Sequence record: PP942979.1
Direction: 5' to 3' (one strand)
Length of the DNA stretch: 64,000 nucleotides
Part shown: positions 1-9,938 of the stretch, piece after piece
Layout of the letters: every line of letters starts with the position of its first letter
Position numbering within the stretch: the first letter of the stretch is position 1
Program-made: the position numbers and the translations under genes
Notes under the pieces: generated by a model
The model's input: only the letters and a program-made list of their open reading frames with translations
Databases searched by the model: none
What the model was told of the DNA's origin: nothing

Positions 1-30
1 CCAAAGATTAAAGAAGCATACCGGACGGCC

Positions 31-1455
31 ATGATGGGTCGTCTGGGTCCTTCTCACTTTAGTTCGGAAGTCACTCGCAAGGCATTCCGCCGCATAACTA
101 AGCTGGTGGAAGTCAAGAGCGAAATAATTGAATGGGACGACTTGCTGGAAGACCCTAACCTGAGTGAGGAGTTCAGGGATAGTCTGCGTGAAGCAGAAGA
201 AACTCCAGCAAAGACCATGAAAGGCTTTGATAAGATCTACGACAGTCTGGAGAAGTATCGCCAGCGTCGTGACATTATGAACCTGGGTAAGATGATTGCC
301 AAAGACTTCGGGGAAGCTGACCCGGAGGAGTTCGACGAGCATGAGTATATGCAGGGTCTGGCTGATAAGCTCGGGCAAGCGCAGCGTGGCACTCGAACGA
401 CTGAGAAGGTTTGGACGTTTGGTGGCAAGAAGTCGAACGCAACAAAGTTAGCGAAGCAGGTAATCACTAACCCGAAAGAAGTGATGTACAAGACTGGCTT
501 CTCAAGCTACGACAAGAAGAACGGCGGCTGGCCGACGACTGGCGTAGTGTTGTTGGCCGGTTCGACGTCTGGCGGTAAGTCTGTGCTGTCAATGAACATC
601 GCAGATCGCATGGCGAAGATGAACGGCATACACTGTTTGAAGGTCACTCTCGAAATGACCGCCGAGCAGGAAATGAAGCGTATGCTGTCCATGATCAGTG
701 GCATCGACTTCTGGAAGATCAAGCAGGGCAAGCTGTCGAAGCGTGAGCAGAAAGAACTGCTGAAAGCTGCGAAGAAGTACGACAAGATCATGAGCAAGTC
801 GAAGGGACGTAACTCGTTCACTTCACCTGAGCGTGGCATGTCGATTGATGACGTTCTGTATATGTCGATTCCGTATGGCGTACACGTAACGTTCATTGAC
901 TACGTTGGTCTGCTTGAAGGTATCGACAACGACAACCAGTGGCGCGAACTGTCCACCGTTGTTCGTAAAGCGAAAGTACACGCGTCTGCTACAGGTCAGC
1001 TTGTTGTTATTCTCTGTCAGTTGGATGACCAGTCTGGTCGTATTCGTTATTCCGGTGGTATGCGTGAACACGCCGACGTGGTATGGGCATGGAACTACTC
1101 TGACCCTGAGATCCGTGAAGGCAAAATCATTCCTGTTCAGGTAATGAAAGCGCGTGATGGTGAACTGTTCGAGATGCCTCTGAAAGACGTGTTTGAGAAA
1201 ATGCGTGTCGAAGATGCTGACGAGGGCACAGAGGTACCGAAGTCGAAAGCCATGTCTGCTGACGATATGGAAGGTGGAGATTCCAAGAAGAAATTCGGAA
1301 AAGGTAATTTCAAGAAGAAAGGCGATAAGATTGAGATTAAGAAGTCTCGTCGTGGTGCTGCTGCGTTCCTTAATTCAGGTAACGATAGCGATGACGATGA
1401 TGACGACGACCTGCCGAAGAAAAAGAAAAAGCGCAAGTCCTATGACGTAGCTTAG
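31..1455 (+). CDS. DnaB-like replicative DNA helicase (probably 5'-truncated by the window edge)
   Basis: Walker A AGSTSGGKS, H2 FIDYVGLL, H3 VILCQL, H4 IRYSGGMREHADVV, KARDG arginine finger; frame is open back to the window start; acidic/basic C-terminal tail. Confidence 0.9.
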   Translation: MMGRLGPSHFSSEVTRKAFRRITKLVEVKSEIIEWDDLLEDPNLSEEFRDSLREAEETPAKTMKGFDKIYDSLEKYRQRRDIMNLGKMIAKDFGEADPEEFDEHEYMQGLADKLGQAQRGTRTTEKVWTFGGKKSNATKLAKQVITNPKEVMYKTGFSSYDKKNGGWPTTGVVLLAGSTSGGKSVLSMNIADRMAKMNGIHCLKVTLEMTAEQEMKRMLSMISGIDFWKIKQGKLSKREQKELLKAAKKYDKIMSKSKGRNSFTSPERGMSIDDVLYMSIPYGVHVTFIDYVGLLEGIDNDNQWRELSTVVRKAKVHASATGQLVVILCQLDDQSGRIRYSGGMREHADVVWAWNYSDPEIREGKIIPVQVMKARDGELFEMPLKDVFEKMRVEDADEGTEVPKSKAMSADDMEGGDSKKKFGKGNFKKKGDKIEIKKSRRGAAAFLNSGNDSDDDDDDDLPKKKKKRKSYDVA

Positions 1456-1463
1456 GAGTCTTC

Positions 1464-1706
1464 ATGGACAATATCGAATGGCTCGTCTTTGATGATGAAG
1501 CCCGTAACAACATAGACAAGGATTATGTCTATCACGTCCGCACCAAGGAGGGTGCGGAGTACAGTGGTATGTACCCGAACGGTAATGGCTTCCACTGTCA
1601 GAGCCCAGGTGAAGGTCGTAGGGCTGATATGAGTGATGTTACTCACTATTCGGTTCAGATGACCTTTGACGATCATGCCGACCAGTTCGTATTCAAACGT
1701 GGGTAA
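1464..1706 (+). CDS. hypothetical protein (80 aa)
   Basis: AGGAG RBS before ATG; directly follows the helicase. Confidence 0.65.
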   Translation: MDNIEWLVFDDEARNNIDKDYVYHVRTKEGAEYSGMYPNGNGFHCQSPGEGRRADMSDVTHYSVQMTFDDHADQFVFKRG

Positions 1707-2502
1707 GCAGTTCGAAGGCCCATACGGACTTGTTGAGTCTGATTCCCTTGTCCCGCGTTGGACGTACCCTGTTAAGCATGGACAGGTACGTCGTGTAGAA
1801 GCGTGGGAACTAGATAAGTTATCAAACACCACAACGCAAGTGCGTATGGTGAATGATATCCATGCGATTCACAGCACGCCAGTAGAGGACTACGATGATG
1901 ACGCACTCGACCTCGACGAAGAAGCCGCAGCGCTCTCAAAAACTGAGTCCCGACTTCTTATCAAGCCTCGACTCAATGAAGTCAGAGCCCGTAAGAACAA
2001 AAACCACGTTGGTCCAGAAAACGTCTTCACCGTCGAAAGTGAAGTAATTGACGGTACGTTGGATAGCGTCGATGAACACGCTAAGACCTTCCGTGACTAT
2101 TTGCTGCATCAGGTATTCAGCCCGATACTTGGGTTTGATATTGCGGCCGGTGAAGTGGAAGCGATCTCGAAAGACTGTCTCAAAACAGACCTAGAGATTG
2201 ATAGCGAGCTTGTGCCTTATATCGAGCGCGTAGGGCTTGCTAACATCATCGGTGTGATGCTCTCAAAGTCTCAATCGGTACCAGAGTCGGTGCGCAGTGA
2301 TGTACTGAAAGACTGGCTGATCAAATCGTTTGACGATGTACGCGCAGAGCATAAGGCGAAGACGGGCACCAACACGTTACGCGCTCAGATACGTCGATTG
2401 ATGCACGGCAATGATGATATGATTGCTAAAGGCGTTGGTATAGGAACAACGCGCGGTTACACTGAACACAGGAAGAAGCAGAACGAGAATGGCCAAGCCT
2501 AA
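1666..2502 (+). CDS. hypothetical protein upstream of the terminase (possible small terminase subunit; start uncertain)
   Basis: 278-codon ORF overlapping the terminase start; the functional guess is positional only. Confidence 0.55.
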   Translation: MTIMPTSSYSNVGKQFEGPYGLVESDSLVPRWTYPVKHGQVRRVEAWELDKLSNTTTQVRMVNDIHAIHSTPVEDYDDDALDLDEEAAALSKTESRLLIKPRLNEVRARKNKNHVGPENVFTVESEVIDGTLDSVDEHAKTFRDYLLHQVFSPILGFDIAAGEVEAISKDCLKTDLEIDSELVPYIERVGLANIIGVMLSKSQSVPESVRSDVLKDWLIKSFDDVRAEHKAKTGTNTLRAQIRRLMHGNDDMIAKGVGIGTTRGYTEHRKKQNENGQA

Positions 2503-5320
2503 AAAGGGCCCAGCTTTCACTATACGTCCAAAACGAATAGCTGCGTTTGATGCGCTGCTTGGTGATGACGTAAACGTGAAAGCCTCCTCTGACGATGAAG
2601 ATTTTCTGTCAGAGAATAGTTCGAGTGCGATTAGCTTTCTCGAAAAGGGCGAGGTCAACATTGTCGATCTCGTTGAAGGCGCTTTAGAACAACGCACACT
2701 TGTGCCGCGTGACTTGAAGTTTGATGACAGTGCAATGCCCAAGGCGAAACACTTCCTTGAGTGGTGTACGAGTCCAGAGTTCTTGAAAGCAGACCCGTAT
2801 CTCGAACAGGCCCTTATTGGCCTTCGTCTATTCGGCGAAATTTGTGTACGCTGTAGTCCTAACTTGCAGTGGATGTACACAGAGAATCATGAGCCACAAG
2901 AAACTACAGCCGCGATTGAGAAGCACCTGCACCTGTTACACAATGGTGTGTGCCCTCATTGCGGCGCTCGTCGTTCTGAGATGATTCGTAACGGTGAGAT
3001 GAACTTCTATAACGAACTGGCGGTGAACGCCGGACAGCGTTGTGTGATAGCGTCAACTCCTGTTCTTACTTCTCGTGGCATCATGCCCATCGGTCACATG
3101 ATGATTGGACACGACAGTCCTGGGTTCCACAAGCCGCAGCGTAACTTCAATGCGCACAACGGTCGTGAGATCAAGAACGTCAGTCAAGTCTATGTGTCTG
3201 ATGAAGCACCCACCAAAGTCGTTACGCTTGCAAACGGCATGTGGATTGAAGCAACTCATGAGCACCCCGTGCGCACTGAGCAGGGCTTCAAGAAAGTGTC
3301 CAAGCTGCGTGGCGGTGAGCGTATTGAGATTAAGCTCGGTACAAACTCGTGGGGCAAGATTCAACGTCCTGTCAGTATCTATGATGCTGGTCTGTCTACC
3401 CGTGAAGAAGCGTTGCGTTATATCTCCGAACGCAGTGTGCCTCTTGGCGAGAAGATGCAGTACGTTACCGAAGACGTTGACGCACTTCAAATGGTGTGGT
3501 CGATTCTTATCAATGCTGGTCACATGCCGCAGATCGTTCACGGTACGCGTATGTGGAGCTTGGTGTATGACTTGACCGAGAAGCCTGAGTGTCGTTCTGT
3601 TCACGTCGAAGTAATGTCCGTTGACGACGGTACTCCTCAGGTAACGTATGATTTGCAGATGGAAGGTCTGCCTCAATTCGTAGCCAGCGGTATGCTGCAT
3701 CATAACAGCGGTAAGTCCGTTGTAGTAGCAATGATCTCGACCTATCTGACGCACAGGCTGCTTATGTCGCAGTCGCCTACAGGCATTCTGAGTATCGACA
3801 ACACAACCGTACTGCACGGTACGTTCGTCGCACTGACACAGAAGCAAGCGGCAGATACACTCTGGACTCCATACTTCAACTACATTATGGGAAGTCCTTG
3901 GTTCCAAGCATACCACGATGTGATTCGCAAACACGAACGCCGTTATGGTATAGAGGTGATGAAGATTCGTGACACGTTCGTTCTGTACGGTCATCGTAAC
4001 TTTGTTATCTACCCTGCTGGACCAGATGGTCGTATTCTTCGTGGTCGAACCCGTGTGCTGGCGGTAATCGACGAAGTGGCGTACTTCGACAACGACGCCC
4101 AATCGAAGAAGATCAAAGTAAGTGCTGGTGCGGTGTATGGTGCACTTGACCGTTCACTTGCAACCGTTCGCGCTAAAGAAAAACGCCAGGTCGAAGCTGG
4201 TTATGATGAAGCGTTCACAGGTTACTTCTGCAACATCAGTAGCCCGGTACACGCCCGTGATAAAATCAACGAACTGCTTCGTATGTCAGTTGGCTCGAAG
4301 ACGCTGCTTGGAATTCACGCTCCTACATGGAAGATGAACCCAGACATGCCGCGTAACTCCGAGTTCCTGCTCGAAGCGTTTCGTCGTGACCCTGTAGGTG
4401 CAGCCCGAGATTATGGAGCTGAGGCACCGTTGTCTGCAAACCCTTTCATCACGCAGCCTACGTTTATCGCAGATGCTATCCGTGCGAAAGGTCGTTCGAT
4501 GTGTACGTATACCCACCACATCATTCGACACAAAGATGGCGAACGCCAGCGTTATGGCAGTCTCGTCAAAGCAGCAACGACAACCAAAGCGTCGATACTT
4601 GCAATTGACGCAGGCTTCTCAAACAACAGCTTCGCACTCGTCACAGGGTCACGCGATGATGCAGGGATTATCAGTGTCGATTGTCTTGTGGAGATCGTAC
4701 CTAAGCCCGGCATACCGCTCAACTATACCCTCATATTTGACGAACTCCTAATTCCGTTGTGCAAAGCGCGTAACGTTCGCGTAATGCTCGCCGACCAGTG
4801 GCAGTCACTCAAGCTGCTGCAAGATGCGAAACTGAAAGTGGATTCAATTGAGGAGTCCGACCAGTATAGCCTGAAATATCAGGACATGTGGACGGTCAAG
4901 ACGATGTTCGAGTCAAACCCAAGTCGTATCAGTCTGCCCCGCATGGTTCATGCAGAGACGATTGCTGACACACTGAAATACGACGGCGACGAATACCCTC
5001 AGTGCTTCGAGAACAAACCAACAGAGCACTTGATCATGCAGTTGCAAACGGTACAAGATACCGGACGCAGCGTAATCAAGAACACAGGTGCAACCGATGA
5101 CCTGTGGCGAGCAATGGCACTCATGGTGTATGGCTTTGAGTGTGGTGAGTATGACGAGTATCTGACGAAAGCCGCAGAGGTGACTGTTAACCGTGACCCG
5201 AATCGCTTGGGCCGCGTAGCACATCGTCTTAACTCAGGCACTGCCGGTAGCTCACGTCCTGCGCTGACAGGAGGTCGAGTTCTTGGTTCTGCTCGTACCC
5301 GAATGATTGGCCGTAAATAA
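2489..5320 (+). CDS. terL: terminase large subunit with intein
   Basis: Walker A AGQR|SGKS split by an intein, Walker B VLAVIDEVAYF, coupling motif NISSP, RNase-H-like nuclease ILAIDAG and C-terminal TDDLWRA; followed by a probable portal. Confidence 0.9.
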   Translation: MAKPKKGPAFTIRPKRIAAFDALLGDDVNVKASSDDEDFLSENSSSAISFLEKGEVNIVDLVEGALEQRTLVPRDLKFDDSAMPKAKHFLEWCTSPEFLKADPYLEQALIGLRLFGEICVRCSPNLQWMYTENHEPQETTAAIEKHLHLLHNGVCPHCGARRSEMIRNGEMNFYNELAVNAGQRCVIASTPVLTSRGIMPIGHMMIGHDSPGFHKPQRNFNAHNGREIKNVSQVYVSDEAPTKVVTLANGMWIEATHEHPVRTEQGFKKVSKLRGGERIEIKLGTNSWGKIQRPVSIYDAGLSTREEALRYISERSVPLGEKMQYVTEDVDALQMVWSILINAGHMPQIVHGTRMWSLVYDLTEKPECRSVHVEVMSVDDGTPQVTYDLQMEGLPQFVASGMLHHNSGKSVVVAMISTYLTHRLLMSQSPTGILSIDNTTVLHGTFVALTQKQAADTLWTPYFNYIMGSPWFQAYHDVIRKHERRYGIEVMKIRDTFVLYGHRNFVIYPAGPDGRILRGRTRVLAVIDEVAYFDNDAQSKKIKVSAGAVYGALDRSLATVRAKEKRQVEAGYDEAFTGYFCNISSPVHARDKINELLRMSVGSKTLLGIHAPTWKMNPDMPRNSEFLLEAFRRDPVGAARDYGAEAPLSANPFITQPTFIADAIRAKGRSMCTYTHHIIRHKDGERQRYGSLVKAATTTKASILAIDAGFSNNSFALVTGSRDDAGIISVDCLVEIVPKPGIPLNYTLIFDELLIPLCKARNVRVMLADQWQSLKLLQDAKLKVDSIEESDQYSLKYQDMWTVKTMFESNPSRISLPRMVHAETIADTLKYDGDEYPQCFENKPTEHLIMQLQTVQDTGRSVIKNTGATDDLWRAMALMVYGFECGEYDEYLTKAAEVTVNRDPNRLGRVAHRLNSGTAGSSRPALTGGRVLGSARTRMIGRK
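3041..3706 (+). mobile_element. mini-intein (222 aa) in the terminase P-loop
   Basis: Starts CVIASTPVLTSRG (block A), block B IEATHEHPV, block F VTYDLQM, ends HHN followed by Ser; removal restores GQRSGKS. Confidence 0.9.
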
Positions 5321-5360
5321 GCTAATTTAGTAGAGTACAGTAATCACAAGGAACAAGATC

Positions 5361-5576
5361 ATGAGCAAGCACTATAACCCGTTGCTAAACAATAACTCTG
5401 TAAAGTCAGAGTCTGGAGCAAACTCTGTGGAGAGCACAAGCGGCGCATTTGTTGTTGCGTCTGCTAACGTCTGTCCTAAGTGTAGCTCTACTACAGTGCC
5501 GACTAAACTGCTTTCCGGTGAGGACGTAATGTTCTGCACCGGTTGCCGCGTAAGTCTCGCAATCCCTTTAGAGTGA
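5361..5576 (+). CDS. small zinc-ribbon protein
   Basis: CPKC-x17-CTGC; AAGGA RBS. Confidence 0.7.
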   Translation: MSKHYNPLLNNNSVKSESGANSVESTSGAFVVASANVCPKCSSTTVPTKLLSGEDVMFCTGCRVSLAIPLE

Positions 5577-5583
5577 GGTAACG

Positions 5584-7524
5584 ATGGGTATTCAGGTTGG
5601 TCGTCGTCAATTGGGCGGCGCACCCTCGGAGCCTGCAAAGAAGAAACAAAATTCTCTCGGCGCAGCCTCCTTACCGCGCGAGATAGGCAAAGCGATCCGC
5701 AGTGAGAGTTCACGTCGTCATACAGACTTCGTATCTCAATCTGCGGGTGGCGCAGGAATGGCTGCTGGTAACATGCAGATTGGTTCTGTACCTCTGGATA
5801 TCGACTTAGAGCCGATGATGGAAGGTATGGACTATGATGCTGACGACCGACAGCTATTCAATGTCTACCGCGATATGTACCACTTCGACCCAATCTGCGG
5901 TTCCTACGTAGACTTGTTCTCAACGCTGCCATTCTCCGACGTGAGTTTCAGTGGTGCGAAGGACAGTGTGCTTGAGCCGTACTACGAAGTGAACGAGCGT
6001 CTGTCACTCACCACCAGCATGCCGAATATCACAACTGATATTCAGGTTACTGGCGCGTTTGTTGGCAGTATGATCTACAACAAAGACCGTAAGAAGTTCA
6101 TCGACCTGATGACGCACCGTTACGACAACATCGACGTAACGCCTCTGCCGTTTATCAGCCAAGACCCGATGTTCGAGCTGCGCATTCCTCAGTACGTGAA
6201 GTCTGCTTTCGCTAAAGAAGGTAAACGTATTGACGCGCTGAAAAAAGAACTCGGCTCTGGTTTCGTTGATAAGTTGATGAACGACGTGACGATGGAACTC
6301 GACCCTATCGGCACAATCTATATTCCGCGTAAGACGTTCAGCTTTGGTGAAGGTATCTCGGTGTTACGCCGTGTGCTGCCAATCTGGCTGATCGAAAAGA
6401 ACCTGTATCGTGGAACGCTGATTGAGTCTGGTCGTCGTCAACGCGGTATCTTACATGCCCAGCTGGGTGATGGTGATCAGTGGGAACCGTCGCAAGAAGA
6501 AATGGACTTTATGACCGACCTTCTTCTGTCTGCGGATAGTGACCCGATTGGATCTATCATCACAACTCGTCTGGGCGTGAACATCAGTGAGTTCCGTCAG
6601 GGCGGTGACTTCTGGAAGATTACGGATATCTGGGACCAGACTGCGCAATTCAAAATGCGCGCGATGGGTATCAGTGAAGCGTTCCTCAGCGGTGAAGCGA
6701 ACTATGACTCAGGCGCTGCTGGCCTGACTATTTTCGTTGAAGCAATGCGAGCGTTCCGTGATCATCTGACGCGTAAAGTCTACTACGAGAAAGTCTTCCC
6801 ACTTATCAGTATGATGAACGGCTTGGCTGTTCAGCGTAACGGTAAGATCATCAAGAAGAACAATCTCATGGAAGGCGGCCTGACCGAAGTAATGTACAAA
6901 CTGAATGACGGTAGCAAACTGTTTATTCCGAACGTGCATTGGTCTAAGCAACTGCGTCCTGACGTTGACCAAGCGATGATGGAAAACTTACGTGCGATGA
7001 CTGAGCTGGGCGTTCCGGTTCCGTTACGTGCTATCGCTGCTGCTGGCGGGTATAACTTCGACCAGATTCTTATGGATCAGGATGAAGACCTCGCAATGCG
7101 TCGTAAGCTGATGGCCTATCGCAAACGTCAGTCTGAAATCGACGCTGAGTTTGCTCCGCCTGAGCCTGGTGCTGGTGGGGATGGTGACAGCTTTAGTTCT
7201 GTCAGTAGCATGTCTGCTGATCGTGACTTACAACGTCGCCGCCGTCACATCGCGGGCATTGGTCTGTCGTCTGCTGTTCTTGGTGGTGAGCAACGTAAGC
7301 TGCTTAACCGTGACTTCGGTGAGCGTTCTGAAATCTTCGAAATCGGTAAGACTGGTAAGAAGAAGCACGTCTTCCGTCAGTCGGTGGCAAACAGCAAAGC
7401 GAATGATGCTATCTGGAAAGCCTCAAAGAACTATGAAGCCAACAAAACGATGCCTCTTGATAACGGCAAGGTATCATTCCAGCCGACTCCTCAGGAGCTT
7501 CGTGCAATGTCGAGACTTCGTTAA
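5584..7524 (+). CDS. portal protein (probable)
   Basis: 646 aa directly after terL; YRDMYHFDPICGSYVDLFS resembles the N-terminal helix of T4 gp20-type portals; size fits. Confidence 0.7.
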   Translation: MGIQVGRRQLGGAPSEPAKKKQNSLGAASLPREIGKAIRSESSRRHTDFVSQSAGGAGMAAGNMQIGSVPLDIDLEPMMEGMDYDADDRQLFNVYRDMYHFDPICGSYVDLFSTLPFSDVSFSGAKDSVLEPYYEVNERLSLTTSMPNITTDIQVTGAFVGSMIYNKDRKKFIDLMTHRYDNIDVTPLPFISQDPMFELRIPQYVKSAFAKEGKRIDALKKELGSGFVDKLMNDVTMELDPIGTIYIPRKTFSFGEGISVLRRVLPIWLIEKNLYRGTLIESGRRQRGILHAQLGDGDQWEPSQEEMDFMTDLLLSADSDPIGSIITTRLGVNISEFRQGGDFWKITDIWDQTAQFKMRAMGISEAFLSGEANYDSGAAGLTIFVEAMRAFRDHLTRKVYYEKVFPLISMMNGLAVQRNGKIIKKNNLMEGGLTEVMYKLNDGSKLFIPNVHWSKQLRPDVDQAMMENLRAMTELGVPVPLRAIAAAGGYNFDQILMDQDEDLAMRRKLMAYRKRQSEIDAEFAPPEPGAGGDGDSFSSVSSMSADRDLQRRRRHIAGIGLSSAVLGGEQRKLLNRDFGERSEIFEIGKTGKKKHVFRQSVANSKANDAIWKASKNYEANKTMPLDNGKVSFQPTPQELRAMSRLR

Positions 7525-7859
7525 TGTACAACGTGTCAACGTGTTCTATTGACGGCGAAGAAAAGGTGGTGGTGTATCGCCACCCTATCTTTACCGATTA
7601 CGGGATAGGCTTGAAGATTGACCGTAGTGGCGAAATGACTTCCGTTCAGTGTAACATTGTTACTGGCTCCATAGACGGACAGTCTAAGCTGGAGGTCATC
7701 ACGGACCACACGGCACCTCTCGAAGTACAGGTGTGGTGTTTTACGTGTATGCTGACTCTGCGGGAATCTGTAAATATGCAGAGCCTATCATTAGATGCCT
7801 TATTCCCAAACAACGGGGGCATCGTATACTACAACCAAAATCAGGAGAGTACATCGTGA
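7524..7859 (+). CDS. hypothetical protein (111 aa)
   Basis: TAATG-coupled to the portal stop. Confidence 0.6.
   Translation: MYNVSTCSIDGEEKVVVYRHPIFTDYGIGLKIDRSGEMTSVQCNIVTGSIDGQSKLEVITDHTAPLEVQVWCFTCMLTLRESVNMQSLSLDALFPNNGGIVYYNQNQESTS
7765..7774 (+). promoter_or_regulatory. AATCTGTAAA motif, copy 1
   Basis: Exact 10-mer about 80 nt upstream of GTG 7856. Confidence 0.5.
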
Positions 7860-8242
7860 GTGGATTATTCCCGCATCGCGTTATCAGTGAGAAAGAAGGT
7901 TTCGTATTCATCGTTCAGCCTGCTGACGATAACGATCCTGATGCCGTGGACGCGGCAAAAGAGGTTGAAGAAGTTCTGAAAGAAGCGTGGCCTACTGCGC
8001 CGTCAGAACTGACTGTCGCTGACGTGACAGACCCCGAAGAAGCCGAACTGATCTACGCTGACGTTGCGCAACTGCTGGAAGAAGCAGAGCGTGAAGAAGC
8101 GAAGCAGATCGTAATCACCAGCATCGTTATCGTTGGCAATCTGGCCATCGTCAACTGTATGCTGACCGGCGAAGATATGGAAGAAGACGACGAAGACGAA
8201 GACGATGATTCCATTGAAGCCGACGAAGAAGAGTTCGATTAA
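7856..8242 (+). CDS. highly acidic hypothetical protein
   Basis: GTG start 7856 with CAGGAG RBS; D/E-rich C-terminus. Confidence 0.7.
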   Translation: MSGLFPHRVISEKEGFVFIVQPADDNDPDAVDAAKEVEEVLKEAWPTAPSELTVADVTDPEEAELIYADVAQLLEEAEREEAKQIVITSIVIVGNLAIVNCMLTGEDMEEDDEDEDDDSIEADEEEFD

Positions 8243-8252
8243 CGTCTGCCGT

Positions 8253-8270
8253 GAGGACCTTCGGGTCCTC
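8253..8270 (+). promoter_or_regulatory. C(UUCG)G hairpin containing the SD, directly before ATG 8271
   Basis: GAGGACC-TTCG-GGTCCTC then ATG; no U-tract. Confidence 0.6.
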
Positions 8271-8405
8271 ATGAATCTCGCAGATACCAACGTTGCTTAT
8301 GCAGCGAAGTTCCTTACCAACAAGACAGACGACGAAGCACGTAGTTTGCTTGCTGCGCTCAAAAATGAGGAAGTAGAATCACTGTACGACTTCTTGGTGA
8401 CGTAA
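8271..8405 (+). CDS. small hypothetical protein (44 aa)
   Basis: MNLADTNVAY...; TAATG-coupled to the next gene. Confidence 0.55.
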   Translation: MNLADTNVAYAAKFLTNKTDDEARSLLAALKNEEVESLYDFLVT

Positions 8406-8902
8406 TGGAAACAACATCATTGGACGAAAGTCCTAATAACGCAAGGCATCGCATCTTTTACAAGCAGCCGAAACGAGTACCTCCCTTCGATACAGCTTTC
8501 GTTCGTTCTTCCAACAAAGAAGGTCTGAAAGTTCTCCTATCGGCTGCTCCTGAACATTGTCAGATTATTTTGTTTACGGACGGTCCCGGCGCTGCTTACG
8601 CCATGAAACGCCTCTTTAAGCGCAACTTCAAACTCTGTTCGCAAGCTCTCCAACTTGACCTAAGAACTCTCACGTTCACAGGTCAGGTCGTTTTTCAGTT
8701 CGTTCGTGGTGGTGCAGTCGTCGATCCACTTTCTCGCTACTTCTGTGCTGGCGAAAGCTATTTGCATGAGCTGGCTCAGACAACGAAGATTGCTCAGGTT
8801 GATACAGATACGATTGATCTATTCTGTTGCGGCCTAGGGTTTCATCGTGCGTTACTTGAGCGTGGTCGAGGCCGTTCTCTCGTATTCGCGGAGGAAGAAT
8901 GA
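8405..8902 (+). CDS. hypothetical protein (165 aa)
   Basis: Coupled overlaps at both ends. Confidence 0.65.
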   Translation: METTSLDESPNNARHRIFYKQPKRVPPFDTAFVRSSNKEGLKVLLSAAPEHCQIILFTDGPGAAYAMKRLFKRNFKLCSQALQLDLRTLTFTGQVVFQFVRGGAVVDPLSRYFCAGESYLHELAQTTKIAQVDTDTIDLFCCGLGFHRALLERGRGRSLVFAEEE

Positions 8903-9927
8903 GTAGATCGTTTGCCAGTATCGGAAGGAATTCCGCACCTGGCTCAGTGCCGAAGATGAAGATCAAGTACGGCAAGCTGCCGATGCTTCACATTGTTGAT
9001 GCGTCGAACTGGATGTGCCGTGCTTACTTCGCTACGCAGAAAAGTCCTACGTATGCAAAAGACGGTACACCTACGTATGGTCTGCGTCAGTTTATGTACA
9101 TGGCGAAAGACCTGATTGACATTGCGGCTAAAGACCCTAATGGCTCCTACATAGCTTTCTGCTTTGACCCAAGCAGTAGCGAAACGTGGCGCTATCGTGC
9201 TCTCCAGCAATGGGCCTCAGAGCACAAGAAGAAATACATCCGACAGGTGTTCAAGAAGTCGAGCGACTACAAGGGCAACCGCGACCGTTCTCTGACCCAA
9301 GAGCTTGGTCCGCAGATGACTCTTGCTCGTGAGATACTGAGCATGGCCGGTTATTACGTTGGGCTGAAACGTCCATACGAATGCGATGATCTTGTCGGTA
9401 CGTTGAGCGACCGCTTTAAGCACGACTATCTGATCAAGCTGTACTCGCGCGATAAAGACTACGTGCAACTTGTTGACCACAAGAACGTGGAGCTTATCAT
9501 GCAGGCGCAGTCGAATGCTCCAGAGCGTCGATTCGATCTCAAAACAGCACAGGGATTCTTTGGTGTTCCGCCTGACCGTGTTGTTGATATGCTCGCTCTT
9601 TCTGGCGATAGCGTCGATAACGTTCCTGGGATTCCTGGGCTTGGCGAGAAGACTTCCGCCGAGCTTATTCGCAAGTGGGGCGGTGCGTTAGGCATACGCG
9701 ATGCTCTGCTCAGTGGTAAGCTGAAATCAAACGCAGGTTGGGCAAAAGCGCTGACCATGCAGATTCCAGCAATGGATATTGAATTGCAAATGGAGCTTGT
9801 AACTATCGACCGCAACGTTCCGACGTTACCTCGTAAACTCGAAGCGTTCGCACCAGGCAGACCTGATATAAAAGCGTTGAAAGCTACTAAGAAACGCTTG
9901 GCTCTGCCTCAACTATTACACGTCTAG
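8899..9927 (+). CDS. 5'-3' exonuclease / flap endonuclease (Pol I N-terminal, T4 RNase H family)
   Basis: IVDASNW..RAYFA, ECDDLVGTL, SRDKDYVQL, H3TH LSGDSVDNVPGIPGLGEKT. Confidence 0.92.
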   Translation: MSRSFASIGRNSAPGSVPKMKIKYGKLPMLHIVDASNWMCRAYFATQKSPTYAKDGTPTYGLRQFMYMAKDLIDIAAKDPNGSYIAFCFDPSSSETWRYRALQQWASEHKKKYIRQVFKKSSDYKGNRDRSLTQELGPQMTLAREILSMAGYYVGLKRPYECDDLVGTLSDRFKHDYLIKLYSRDKDYVQLVDHKNVELIMQAQSNAPERRFDLKTAQGFFGVPPDRVVDMLALSGDSVDNVPGIPGLGEKTSAELIRKWGGALGIRDALLSGKLKSNAGWAKALTMQIPAMDIELQMELVTIDRNVPTLPRKLEAFAPGRPDIKALKATKKRLALPQLLHV

Positions 9928-9938
9928 TAGAGGATAGC

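Noticed and set aside
1261-1455. Lys- and Asp-rich helicase tail resembling a nuclear localisation signal
   Set aside because: Charged disordered tails are common in phage replication proteins; nothing else suggests a eukaryotic host.
3053-4102. 349-aa antisense ORF over the terminase intein (possible hidden endonuclease)
   Set aside because: No HNH, GIY-YIG or LAGLIDADG motif; a shadow of the sense frame.
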